Both the position numbers and the translations under genes were made by a program. 15,425 nt of DNA from Gemmatimonadaceae bacterium (lineage in GTDB: Bacteria; Gemmatimonadota; Gemmatimonadetes; Gemmatimonadales; Gemmatimonadaceae): the NCBI GenBank assembly GCA_035761165.1, contig DASTRO010000277.1, forward strand, positions 1-15,425. Direction: 5' to 3'. Each line of letters starts with the position of its first letter. Positions within the stretch are counted from its first letter, which is position 1. Below the pieces are notes generated by a model. That model was given only the letters and a program-made list of their open reading frames with translations. It had not been told where the DNA came from and made no database searches. Below are positions 1 to 7,405 of this stretch, piece after piece.

Positions 1-1
1 G

Positions 2-559
2 CCGCGGATGTCCCTGGCGGTCAGCTTCGTTCTCCGCACCGAGCGCGCCGGCGACGCCGAGCGGGTGCTCGGCCCCGCGCGCCGGATCGTGCAGCGCGCC
101 GCTCCCGCCGTCGCCGTGCGGGACGCGACGACGATGGCGCGCGTGCTCGCGCGAGCCGTCGGTCCGGCACGCCAGGTGATGGCGCTCCTCGCGCTCCTCA
201 CCGGGCTCGCGCTGGTGCTCGGCGCGATCGGGGTCTATGGCGTCATCGCCCACTTCGTGAGCCGCCGCGGGCGCGACTGGAGCATCCGCATCGCGCTCGG
301 GCTCTCGCCGGCGCGGGTGATCACGCACGTCGTCGGGCGGAGCGCGGCGCTCGTGTCCATCGGCGTCGCGGCCGGGCTGGCAGCGGCGCTGGCGCTCTCA
401 CGACTGCTGGCGTCGTTCCTCTACGGCGTCGCCCCCGCCGACCCGCTCGCCCTCGCCGCCGCGACGGCGGCGCTCCTCGCGGTCGGCGTGCTGGCGGCGC
501 TGGTGCCGGCGTGGCGGGCGGCGCGGGCGGATCCCGCCCGCGCGCTGCGCGAGCAGTGA
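2..559 (+). CDS. ABC transporter permease, FtsX/MacB-like (ADOP-type); C-terminal fragment, 5' end lies outside the window
   Basis: The ORF in frame 2 runs to a TGA at 557-559. The translation shows the last TM helices of an FtsX-fold permease (LTGLALVLGAIGVYGVIAHFVSRRGRDWSIRIALGLSPARVI...LVPAWRAARADPARALRE), a typical MacB/ADOP permease C-terminus. The M at position 8 is internal, so the gene continues upstream of the window. Confidence 0.7.
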   Translation, partial: PRMSLAVSFVLRTERAGDAERVLGPARRIVQRAAPAVAVRDATTMARVLARAVGPARQVMALLALLTGLALVLGAIGVYGVIAHFVSRRGRDWSIRIALGLSPARVITHVVGRSAALVSIGVAAGLAAALALSRLLASFLYGVAPADPLALAAATAALLAVGVLAALVPAWRAARADPARALREQ

Positions 560-570
560 CGCGCGACGGC

Positions 571-593
571 CGCCGCGCCGGGGCAGCGCGGCC
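571..593. terminator. GC hairpin between the convergent permease and kinase 1 genes
   Basis: GCCGCGC (572-578) and GCGCGGC (586-592) form a 7-bp stem around the 7-nt loop CGGGGCA. The hairpin sits in the 43-nt gap between the two convergent stop codons (557-559 and 603-605), with no T-tract. Confidence 0.25.
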
Positions 594-602
594 CGAGCGC
601 GG

Positions 603-2339
603 TCAGTCGTCCGTCGCGCCCTCCCGTACCTTCGCCGCGAGCAGCTCCGCCAGCGTCTGCAGCCGCGCCGCGTTGAAGCGCCGCAGCCGGCGCACGAGCG
701 CGCGCGCCACCGGGATCGCGCTGAGCCCTGCGGCCACCCCGATCGTCCCGGCGATGCCGGCGATGGTGTCGGAGCGCAGCGCCACGCTCCATGAGGGGGC
801 GGGGATGTTCAGCAGCAGGTCGAGCGCCACGCCCACCGCCGGCGCGGCCGCGGCGCCGATTCCGACGGCCAGCGCCGTCGTACCGACCGCCGCGCGGCGG
901 AGACTCTGCACGAGGCGGATCCGCGTGCGTCCCTGATCCGGGGTGACCGCGACTTCCAGCCGGTGGCCCGTCCACCCGCCGCGCCACACCAGGCCGCGCG
1001 CGGTGGCGCTGACGGCGCCGAGGCTCGCCGTCCCCTCGCGCAACGTGGTGACGAGCCGGTCCAGCTCGCGCGGCGGCAGCTCGCCGTCGGCCTCCACTTC
1101 CATGACGATGTCGAGCGGCGCACCGGCCCAGGCCGTACCCGATTGCCAGCCGCGCGCCGCGGGCCCCTCGTGCACGCGCCCGGGGATGAGCGGGGGCGGC
1201 AGCAGGCCCTGCTCGATCAGGGCGTGCTCCACGAAGCGGGTCGCGATCCCCGCCTCGGCGGCCGCGGCGCGCACCTCGTCCACGTCGAAGCCCACGCCGC
1301 GCGCGCGGCGGCGCCGGCGAGTCTCGCGGGCGTGTGGCACCGGCAGCGGGTTCGTTCGCACGCCGGTGGCCTCCTGGAGCTCGGCCGCGCGCCGCCACAC
1401 CGCCTGCGCCTCCGTGTCGGAGACGAACGCCGGGCGTGCCGCGGCCTTCGGCGGCTGCTCGAGCGCGGCGATGGCGGCGTCGAGTGCGGCGAGCAGCTCG
1501 TCGGCGCTGGCGAAGCGGTCGGCCGGGCTCTTGGCCAGGCAGCGGTCCACGATGGCGGCGAGCGCCGGCGGCACCGACGGTTGGACGGTGGCCAGCGGCG
1601 GGGCGGGCGTGGTCACGTGCGCCACCAGCACGGCGGAGGCCACCTCCCCCTCGAACGGGAAGTGGCCGGTGAGGGCGAGGAAGCCCACCACGCCGAGCGA
1701 GTAGAGGTCGCTGCGCGCGTCAACCGGATTGCCCGCGACCTGCTCCGGGCTCACGTAGTAGACGGTGCCGAGGAGCTGGCCGGTGGCGGTGAGCGGCGCC
1801 GCCTCGGCCACGCGCGCGATGCCGAAGTCGGTGACCATGGCGCGGTCGCTGGCCGCGTCGACGAGGATGTTCTCCGCCTTGATGTCGCGGTGGACGACAC
1901 CGCGGCGGTGCGCGTGGGCGAGAGCGGTGGCGACGTCGCGCAGGTAGCCGGCGGCAACGGCCGGCGGCAGCGGCGCGCGGGCGCGCACGTGTGCGGCCAG
2001 CGACTCGCCGTCCACGTACGCCATGACGAAGAAGACGTGGTCGTCGATCTCGTCGGCGCCGTGGACCGGGACGATGTTGGGGTGGTTGAGCGCGCCCGCG
2101 GTGCGTGCCTCGCGGACGAAGCGCTCGCGCACCGACCGATCGGTGGCCAGCTCCGGGGGGAGCGTCTTGATGGCCACCAGGCGGTCGAGCCGGCGGTCGC
2201 GGGCCAGGTAGACGATCCCCATGCCGCCGCGCCCGATCATCCGCTTGATGGCGTAGTGGCGGGCGATGGCCTCGGCGAACGGGCGCGAGGCGTCGTCGAG
2301 CGTGCGGGGATCGGGGGTGGGGATCTCGAGGACCGTCAC
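603..2339 (-). CDS. Hanks-type serine/threonine protein kinase with a C-terminal unknown domain and a single TM anchor near the C-terminus
   Basis: Kinase subdomain motifs are present: Gly-loop GRGGMGIVYLARD, VAIK lysine, HRDIKAENILV catalytic loop, DFG and SPEQ. The stop TGA is at 603-605. The ORF is open up to 2432, but the first 31 codons look like non-coding read-through. The GTG at 2339-2337 (VTVLEIPTP...) sits 8 nt after a GGAGGA Shine-Dalgarno (minus strand, revcomp of 2348-2353), so I call the start at 2339. The C-terminus has one hydrophobic segment (AVGTTALAVGIGAAAAPAVGVALDLLL...IAGIAGTIGVAAGLSAIPV) followed by a basic tail. Confidence 0.8.
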   Translation of the reverse strand: MTVLEIPTPDPRTLDDASRPFAEAIARHYAIKRMIGRGGMGIVYLARDRRLDRLVAIKTLPPELATDRSVRERFVREARTAGALNHPNIVPVHGADEIDDHVFFVMAYVDGESLAAHVRARAPLPPAVAAGYLRDVATALAHAHRRGVVHRDIKAENILVDAASDRAMVTDFGIARVAEAAPLTATGQLLGTVYYVSPEQVAGNPVDARSDLYSLGVVGFLALTGHFPFEGEVASAVLVAHVTTPAPPLATVQPSVPPALAAIVDRCLAKSPADRFASADELLAALDAAIAALEQPPKAAARPAFVSDTEAQAVWRRAAELQEATGVRTNPLPVPHARETRRRRRARGVGFDVDEVRAAAAEAGIATRFVEHALIEQGLLPPPLIPGRVHEGPAARGWQSGTAWAGAPLDIVMEVEADGELPPRELDRLVTTLREGTASLGAVSATARGLVWRGGWTGHRLEVAVTPDQGRTRIRLVQSLRRAAVGTTALAVGIGAAAAPAVGVALDLLLNIPAPSWSVALRSDTIAGIAGTIGVAAGLSAIPVARALVRRLRRFNAARLQTLAELLAAKVREGATDD

Positions 2340-2490
2340 GCGCGCTATCCTCCAGGATGAATGCCGCCGCCGGTGCGTCCAGTCGCTAGGGACCGGGCGA
2401 GTATGCCGCGGCGGCGGAGGGGGCGCAAGCACGCGGGTGACGCGGCAACCCGCGGGGGGGCAGACCCCGGTGAGTCGGTGGAGCAGCGCG

Positions 2491-3087
2491 TTAGGCCTCG
2501 CCGGCCTCCTCGTGCACCTCCTCGAACAGCGCGGACATGTCCAGCGTGAGCGGCGCGAGCTCCGTGCGCGGCTGCCACGCCAGCGCTTCGGACAAGATCT
2601 CCGGCCGCTCGTCGGCCGGCCGCCAGCGCTCCACGAGCCGCGCGTCGAGGTCCACGATCCAGTACTCGGGCACGCCGTGCCGCTGGTAGTAGCGGCGCTT
2701 CACGCCGTGGTCCCGCCGCGCGCTGCTCGGCGAGACCACCTCGACGGCGAGCAGCAGTCCCGTCACCTCGCGCCACGTCGGCTCGGGGCCGCCGCTCGAC
2801 CCGAGCTGTCCTCGCGGCACGACGAAGACGTCGGGCTGGAGCACGGAACGCTGGTCGAGCGCGATGTCGGCGGGGGAGAGCAGTGCCCGGCCGAGCCCGT
2901 GCACCTTCACGTACGGCGCGATCCTGAGCAACAGCTCCACCGCCGCCACCTGATGGACCGGCCGCGGCGCGGGCGTCACGTGCAGCTCGCCGTCGATGAG
3001 CTCGTAGCGCGGCCAGGGGCGCGACTCGTCCTGCAGCTCGCGCACCTCGTCGGGAGTCCAGACGCGCGCGTGGGTGGGCATGGCCAT
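2491..3087 (-). CDS. Uma2 family (DUF820) putative restriction-endonuclease-like protein
   Basis: The 198-aa translation carries Uma2 hallmarks: YELIDGELHV near the N-terminus, PDVFVV, a PD-(D/E)XK-like core LLAVEVVSPSS...D, and YQRHGVPEYWIVDLD. The ATG is at 3087-3085 and the TAA stop at 2491-2493. Confidence 0.75.
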   Translation of the reverse strand: MAMPTHARVWTPDEVRELQDESRPWPRYELIDGELHVTPAPRPVHQVAAVELLLRIAPYVKVHGLGRALLSPADIALDQRSVLQPDVFVVPRGQLGSSGGPEPTWREVTGLLLAVEVVSPSSARRDHGVKRRYYQRHGVPEYWIVDLDARLVERWRPADERPEILSEALAWQPRTELAPLTLDMSALFEEVHEEAGEA

Positions 3088-3161
3088 AGGCTACGCTCGG
3101 CGGAGAGAGGCGGGCAAGGGTGCATGCCCGGCGGTCGCGGCCGGCCCGGCCCGGGCCGCCA

Positions 3162-3716
3162 TCAATCCGATGCCGCGCGGGGCGCCGCGTCGCCCGGCAG
3201 GGCCACCTCGTACTCCTCCGTCCGCACCACCCGGAAGCCGCGCGCCAGGTAGTTGGGAAGCGCCGCCGGATGATCGAGCGTGCAGGTGTTGAGCACCAGC
3301 CGCTCCGCCCCCAGCGCCCACGCCTCGACGATGGCGCGCTCGAGCAGGTGGCGGCCGAGCCCGCGGCCCAGGTAGGGCGCGGTGAGGCCGAAGTAGAGCA
3401 GCTCCACGTCGCCGCCGGTGCGGGCCAGCTCGAAGTAGCCGGCGAGCGCGTCGCCGTCGCGCAGCTCCCAGACGTCCACGCCGGGATCGTCGAGGTGGCG
3501 CTGCAGGCGCTCGTCGCTCCAGGCGTCGCGGTCGTGCCACCGGTAGGCGTGGCCGACGGCGGCGTAGAGGGCGCGGTAGTGCGCCGCGGTGGGCCGCTCC
3601 AGCCGGCGCAGCGTCAGCGGCGGCGCACCGGGCGCATCGAGCACCGCCGGCGCGTCGGTGCGGGGCGGGCGGGCGTCGGGACGGCGGAGCTCCAGGTACG
3701 TGCGGACGGCGCGCAT
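3162..3716 (-). CDS. GNAT family N-acetyltransferase
   Basis: A GNAT-like acetyl-CoA binding region is visible (LLYFGLTAPYLGRGLGRHLLERAIVEAWALGAERLVLNT; NYLARGFR). The ORF is open to 3887, but the upstream 57 codons are Arg/Pro/Gly-rich junk. I call the internal ATG at 3716-3714 (MRAVRTYLELRRP...) as the start. The TGA stop is at 3162-3164. Confidence 0.65.
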   Translation of the reverse strand: MRAVRTYLELRRPDARPPRTDAPAVLDAPGAPPLTLRRLERPTAAHYRALYAAVGHAYRWHDRDAWSDERLQRHLDDPGVDVWELRDGDALAGYFELARTGGDVELLYFGLTAPYLGRGLGRHLLERAIVEAWALGAERLVLNTCTLDHPAALPNYLARGFRVVRTEEYEVALPGDAAPRAASD

Positions 3717-3741
3717 GCCGGCGGGGGCGCGGCGCGGCGGC

Positions 3742-4473
3742 TCAGGCGAGGTCCGGCGCGGCCCGGCGCCGCGCCTGCCGGAAGCGCGCCGCCTTGGCCC
3801 GGTTGCCGCACGAGGCCATGTCGCACCAGCGGCGCGCGCCGTTCCGCGTGCCGTCGTAGAAGACGCGCGCGCAGTCGGCGCCGGCACAGCGGCGCACGCG
3901 CGCCAGCTCGCCCAGCACCAGCGCGTCGCCGGCGCTCTCCACCACCGGGATGAGGAGCGTGCTGAAAGCGTCGCCCACGGGGACGAAGGCGCGTCCCACC
4001 GAGCCGTCGCGGCGGAGCTCGAGGCGGCGCGTGCCGGTACTGCGGCCGAGCACGCGGTTCAGCTCCGCCAGCGCATCGAGCCGCACGCGCTCGGTGCGTG
4101 CGCCGCGCTCGGCGAGCTGACGGAGCATGGCGCGCGTGCGCCGCGCCTCGACGAGCGCGGCGGTGGCGCCGGCCGGCTGCTCGACGGCGCGGCGGCGCAT
4201 CGTCATCGCCCGCTCCGCGTCCAGCGCGCCGGCCGCCTCCAGCCAGCGCAGCAGCCCATCAAAGCTGAGCAGCGCGTCCGTGCGCGGCTTGCCGCGCGTG
4301 GCGTCGGTGTTCACGAAGTCCAGCCAGAGTCGCTCGCCGACGAAGGCGAACGCCGGCCCACCGGGCGAGGCGCCGGACGAGGCGCCGGGCGAGCGGTGCG
4401 ACGGCGCGGTGGACGGCGCGGTGGATGGTGCACCGGGGGCGAGCGCGGTGGCGAGGGACGTTGGCTGCGACAT
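3742..4473 (-). CDS. ABATE-domain / CGNR zinc-finger protein (putative stress-associated transcriptional regulator)
   Basis: The N-terminal ABATE signature FAFVGERLWLDFVNT and the C-terminal CGNR zinc finger RRCAGADCARVFYDGTRNGARRWCDMASCGNRAKAARFR are both present. The ATG is at 4473-4471. An Ala/Pro/Ser/Thr-rich low-complexity N-terminal extension precedes the ABATE domain (APSTAPSTAPS, from 12-bp tandem DNA repeats at ~4395-4430). Confidence 0.8.
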   Translation of the reverse strand: MSQPTSLATALAPGAPSTAPSTAPSHRSPGASSGASPGGPAFAFVGERLWLDFVNTDATRGKPRTDALLSFDGLLRWLEAAGALDAERAMTMRRRAVEQPAGATAALVEARRTRAMLRQLAERGARTERVRLDALAELNRVLGRSTGTRRLELRRDGSVGRAFVPVGDAFSTLLIPVVESAGDALVLGELARVRRCAGADCARVFYDGTRNGARRWCDMASCGNRAKAARFRQARRRAAPDLA

Positions 4474-4475
4474 GG

Positions 4476-4493
4476 GCCTGCGCTAGCTTAGGC
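4476..4493. promoter_or_regulatory. imperfect 18-bp inverted repeat GCCTgcGCTAGCttAGGC immediately upstream of the CGNR-regulator start, in the intergenic region shared divergently with the thioesterase gene
   Basis: The palindrome is centred on GCTAGC with 5-bp flanking arms GGCCT/AGGCC (extended form GGCCTGCGCTAGCTTAGGCC, 4475-4494). It lies 2 nt from the ATG of the ABATE/CGNR gene. It is a candidate operator or 5'-UTR structure. Confidence 0.3.
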
Positions 4494-4540
4494 CGGCGTC
4501 ACCGTCGCGGGAAGTGCCCGCCCTCCCTCGCTCCGTCGCG

Positions 4541-5032
4541 ATGTCCGCCACCCAGCCCTCCGATCCGAACGCGGCGCCCGCCGCCGCGCCGTCCTTCCCC
4601 TTCCGCGTGCAGGAGCGGGTGCGCTGGGAGGACGTGGACCTGGTCGGGATCGCCCGCTACAGCGCCTACACGCGCTTCTTCGACGTGGCCGAGGCGGAGC
4701 TCTGGCGGGCGGCCGGGACGGGGGCGCTCGACGTCATCGAGCGCTTCGCGCTCTGGCTGCCGCGCAAGCTGCTGGAGGTGGAGTTCCACGCGCCCGCCCG
4801 CTTCGACGACCTGCTGGAGCTGCGCGCGGGGATCGCGGGGATCGGCCGCAGCTCCCTGACGCTGCTGGTGGAGGTGTGGAGCGCCGACGGCGCCACGAAG
4901 CACGCCACGGTCCGCGTGGTGGTGGTGGCCGTCGACGCGGCGTCGATGACGGCGCGGCCGATCCCCGACGAGCTGCGGGCGCAGGTGGCGCCATACGTGA
5001 TGCGCGCGGAGGCGGACGGCGCGGCGGCGTGA
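4541..5032 (+). CDS. acyl-CoA thioesterase, hotdog fold (YbgC/4HBT-like)
   Basis: The core FPFRVQERVRWEDVDLVGIARYSAYTRFFDVAEAELWRAAG matches the 4HBT-type thioesterase N-terminal region with the conserved Asp. The TGA stop is at 5030-5032. The start is uncertain between GTG 4514 and ATG 4541, and neither has a clear SD. Confidence 0.65.
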   Translation: MSATQPSDPNAAPAAAPSFPFRVQERVRWEDVDLVGIARYSAYTRFFDVAEAELWRAAGTGALDVIERFALWLPRKLLEVEFHAPARFDDLLELRAGIAGIGRSSLTLLVEVWSADGATKHATVRVVVVAVDAASMTARPIPDELRAQVAPYVMRAEADGAAA

Positions 5033-5146
5033 TGGCGGGCTGACGGATCGTGGCGCGGGGGCCCCCCCCGAACGACACGATACCGCCAGCTCGCCGGTGC
5101 GGCGTCATCCGAATCCCGCGGGCCGCAGCGTTCCGACGCGTCGCCG

Positions 5147-6841
5147 CTACTTGCTCAGCGTCGTGGACGGATAGGCGCCCGCCGGCACGACGACGGGCGC
5201 GAGCGGCGCCGCTTCCTGGGCCTCCGGCGCCGGCCCGTCCTTCACGCCGCCGCCCCCGCCGTTCCCCGCGTCCTCCGCCGCCATCGTGCCGAGAAAGCTC
5301 GGCAGCTCGACGCCGGCGATGTCGCGCAGGACGTTCATCATCGGCGGCAGCGTCTTGCTCATGCTCTGCAGGAAGCCGGCGGCGCCGCCGGCGGAAGAGC
5401 CGCCGTCCCACACCACGACCTTGTCGAACTTCACGTTCGAGATGGCTTTCGCCGACGTCTCGGCCAGCGTGTCGAGATGCTCGAGCAGGAGGAGCTGGTA
5501 GGCCTGCTGCGCGCCGCCGCAGGCCTCCACCACCTGCTTCAGCGCCTCGCCCTTCTTCGCCAGGATCTCGTACTCGCCGCGCGCCTGCGCCTCGAGCCTG
5601 GCGAAGATGGCGGCCGCCTCGGCCTCGGCCTCGATGCGGCGGCGCTCCGCCTCGGCCTCCGCCTCGACGATGGTGCGCGCCTTCTCGGCCTTGGCCGGCG
5701 CCTCCAGCGCGGCGCGGCGCTCGGCCTCCACGCGCTCGGCGTCGGCGAGCGCGGCGCGGGCCATGGCGCGGTTGGCCGCCTCCTGCACCGCGGCGTCCGC
5801 CTCGCGCTTCTTCGTCTCGGCCAGCTGGTAGGCCTCCGCCTCGCGGAGGTGCAGCTGGGCGCGCGTGGCCACGATCTGCGCCTGCGACTGCGCCTCGCCG
5901 GCGATGGCCCGCGCCTCGGCGTCGGCGATCGCGACGCGCTTCTCCTGCTCGGCCGCCTTCACCTGCACCTCGCGCTCGAAGGCCGCCGTCTGCTCGCCCA
6001 CCGCCTGCTCCTTGGCCAGCTCGGCCAGGCGCACGAGCTTCTCGCGCTCGGCCTCCTGCATGCCGATGTCGCGCAGCTTGGTGGCGTTGGCCACCTGCAC
6101 GAAGCGCTCGCGCTCCGCCTCGGCGACGCGGATCTCGCCCAGCTTCTCCTGCTCGGCCACGTCGCCGCGCGCCTGCTGCACGGCGGTCGCCGCCGCCTTC
6201 TTGCCGATGGCGTCGATGTAGCCGGAGTCGTCGGCGATGTCGGTGATGTTCACGTTGATCAGCACGAGGCCGATCTTCTTCAGCTCCGGCTCCAGCGACG
6301 TCTGGATGTTGTGTAGGAAGGCGTCGCGGTCGCGGTTGATCTCCTCGATGCGCATCGAGGCGATCACCTGGCGCAGCTGGCCGAAGATGATGTCCTGCGC
6401 CTGGCGCTTGATCTGGTTCTGATCGAGCGTCAGCAGGCGGATGGCGGCGTTCTGGCGCACCTGCGGCTCGGTGCCGACGGCGACGGTGAAGACGCTCGGC
6501 ACGCTGACGCGGATGTTCTCGAACGACAGCGCATCGCGGAGCGGGATGTCGATCTGGATCGGCTCGAGGCTGAGGTAGGCGTACTCCTGGATCACCGGCC
6601 AGACGAAGGCGCCGCCGCCGGAGATGCACTTGGCGGCGCTGTCGCCGCCCACGCGCCCGGAGACGACGAGCAGCTTGTTGGCCGGGCAGCGGCGGTAGCG
6701 CGAGACGAAGAGCAGCAGCAGGCCGAGGAGCAGCACGGCGCCGAGCGCGCCGCCGATGAGCGGCCAGCCGATGCGGTCGAGGGCGTCGGTGGGGAGTTGC
6801 TGCACGGCCGCGAGGGCGGCCGTGGCGGGGAGGGCGACCAT
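5147..6841 (-). CDS. flotillin / SPFH (band 7) domain protein, YqiK/FloT-like
   Basis: An N-terminal TM helix is followed by RYRRCPANKLLVVSGRVGG, the flotillin/YqiK hallmark. An SPFH domain follows, then a long Glu/Ala-rich coiled coil (EAEAEAERRRIEAEAEAAA, the flotillin EA repeats) and a Gly-rich C-terminal tail. The ATG at 6841-6839 is preceded by AGGAGA (revcomp of ~6847-6852) 5 nt upstream. Confidence 0.85.
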   Translation of the reverse strand: MVALPATAALAAVQQLPTDALDRIGWPLIGGALGAVLLLGLLLLFVSRYRRCPANKLLVVSGRVGGDSAAKCISGGGAFVWPVIQEYAYLSLEPIQIDIPLRDALSFENIRVSVPSVFTVAVGTEPQVRQNAAIRLLTLDQNQIKRQAQDIIFGQLRQVIASMRIEEINRDRDAFLHNIQTSLEPELKKIGLVLINVNITDIADDSGYIDAIGKKAAATAVQQARGDVAEQEKLGEIRVAEAERERFVQVANATKLRDIGMQEAEREKLVRLAELAKEQAVGEQTAAFEREVQVKAAEQEKRVAIADAEARAIAGEAQSQAQIVATRAQLHLREAEAYQLAETKKREADAAVQEAANRAMARAALADAERVEAERRAALEAPAKAEKARTIVEAEAEAERRRIEAEAEAAAIFARLEAQARGEYEILAKKGEALKQVVEACGGAQQAYQLLLLEHLDTLAETSAKAISNVKFDKVVVWDGGSSAGGAAGFLQSMSKTLPPMMNVLRDIAGVELPSFLGTMAAEDAGNGGGGGVKDGPAPEAQEAAPLAPVVVPAGAYPSTTLSK

Positions 6842-6842
6842 C

Positions 6843-7391
6843 TCAGTCTCCTGGCTCTGGGGTACGGACCACTTCGAGCGTGTCCGGGGCGGCGAGGCCG
6901 ACCACGGTCACCTCGGTTCCGGTGGGCAGCTCGCCGTCGAGGCTGACCGCCGGCACTTCGACCAACCGGTCCTGCAGCGTGAGCAGCACCTTGCCCGGGC
7001 GCGAGCGGTCGGCCGGCAGCCTAACGTGTACGCGCGCCGGCTGCCCGATGGCGCGCTCGATCCGTACGACGCCGTCGCGGTCGAAGTTGCGCAGCAGCCG
7101 CATGGCGGCGGCCACGGCGACGGCGGCCACCCCGCCGCTCGCGAGCGCGACGAGCAGCGCCGGCGTCGTCCCCAGCCCGGCCGCCAGCGCGGCGCGGCCG
7201 CCGATGCCGAAGAAGGCCACGGCGGCCACGAGGCTGCGGACGCTCAGCAGGTTGAGGCCGCCCGCCAGCCCGGCGCCCGCCGCGTGCTCGAGGTGCACGT
7301 CGCCGTGCTCGAGGCCGAGCAGCGAGGCGGCGAGCTGCAGCAGCAGCGCGCTGCCGCCGAGCACGGCGCAGACGAGGAAGAGAGTGGCCAC
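6843..7391 (-). CDS. NfeD-like membrane protein (YqiJ/YuaF-type flotillin partner)
   Basis: The frame is open up to 9005, but only the last ~183 codons look like a real protein. These show three hydrophobic helices (ATLFLVCAVLGGSALLLQLAASLLGL; LNLLSVRSLVAAVAFFGIGG; ALLVALASGGVAAVAVAAAMRLL) followed by a beta-rich soluble domain (VHVRLPADRSRPGKVLLTLQDRLVEVPAVSLDGELPTGTEVTVVGLAAPDTLEVVR), which is typical of short NfeD with an OB-fold C-terminus. The candidate GTG start at 7391-7389 lies 14 nt after the kinase 2 stop. The TGA stop at 6843-6845 is 1 nt from the flotillin ATG. Confidence 0.6.
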   Translation of the reverse strand: MATLFLVCAVLGGSALLLQLAASLLGLEHGDVHLEHAAGAGLAGGLNLLSVRSLVAAVAFFGIGGRAALAAGLGTTPALLVALASGGVAAVAVAAAMRLLRNFDRDGVVRIERAIGQPARVHVRLPADRSRPGKVLLTLQDRLVEVPAVSLDGELPTGTEVTVVGLAAPDTLEVVRTPEPGD

Positions 7392-7405
7392 GCCCGGTCC
7401 GGTGG

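Noticed and set aside
963-2360. A 465-aa ORF on the + strand antisense to kinase 1, with overlapping ORFs 943-1704 and 421-1398.
   Set aside because: The translations are Arg/Gly/Ala/Pro-rich low-complexity with no domain signature. The opposite strand encodes a complete, motif-perfect Hanks kinase. These are typical high-GC shadow ORFs.
2340-2432. A longer kinase 1 N-terminus starting at GTG 2432.
   Set aside because: The upstream residues (LAPPPPPRHTRPVPSDWTHRRRHSSWRIAR) look non-coding, and a strong SD precedes the GTG at 2339. The question is kept as a low-interest finding rather than a feature.
3120-4491. Plus-strand ORFs 3120-3953 and 3589-4491 opposite the GNAT and CGNR genes.
   Set aside because: They are antisense to genes with clear GNAT and ABATE/CGNR signatures and have an Arg/Ala/Gly-rich composition.
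5057-5069. A GGGGGCCCCCCCC homopolymer palindrome between the convergent thioesterase and flotillin genes, considered as a terminator hairpin.
   Set aside because: It is self-complementary but has essentially no loop, and no supporting flanking stem or T-tract, so it is more likely a compositional oddity. Long C/G homopolymers are nevertheless sequencing-error-prone, so the base count is worth verifying.
5600-5700. Short iterated GCCTCG units, considered as a possible CRISPR-like or tandem-repeat locus.
   Set aside because: The units are irregular, lie inside a CDS, and encode the flotillin EA coiled-coil repeats. There is no repeat-spacer periodicity.
4734-6629. A 631-aa minus-strand ORF and a 398-aa plus-strand ORF (5050-6246) overlapping the flotillin gene, plus ORFs 5477-6316, 5607-5831 and 5865-6221.
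   Set aside because: These are generated by the GC-rich, repetitive EA-repeat coding DNA of the flotillin. The products are poly-Arg/Ala/Ser/Pro with no fold-like features.
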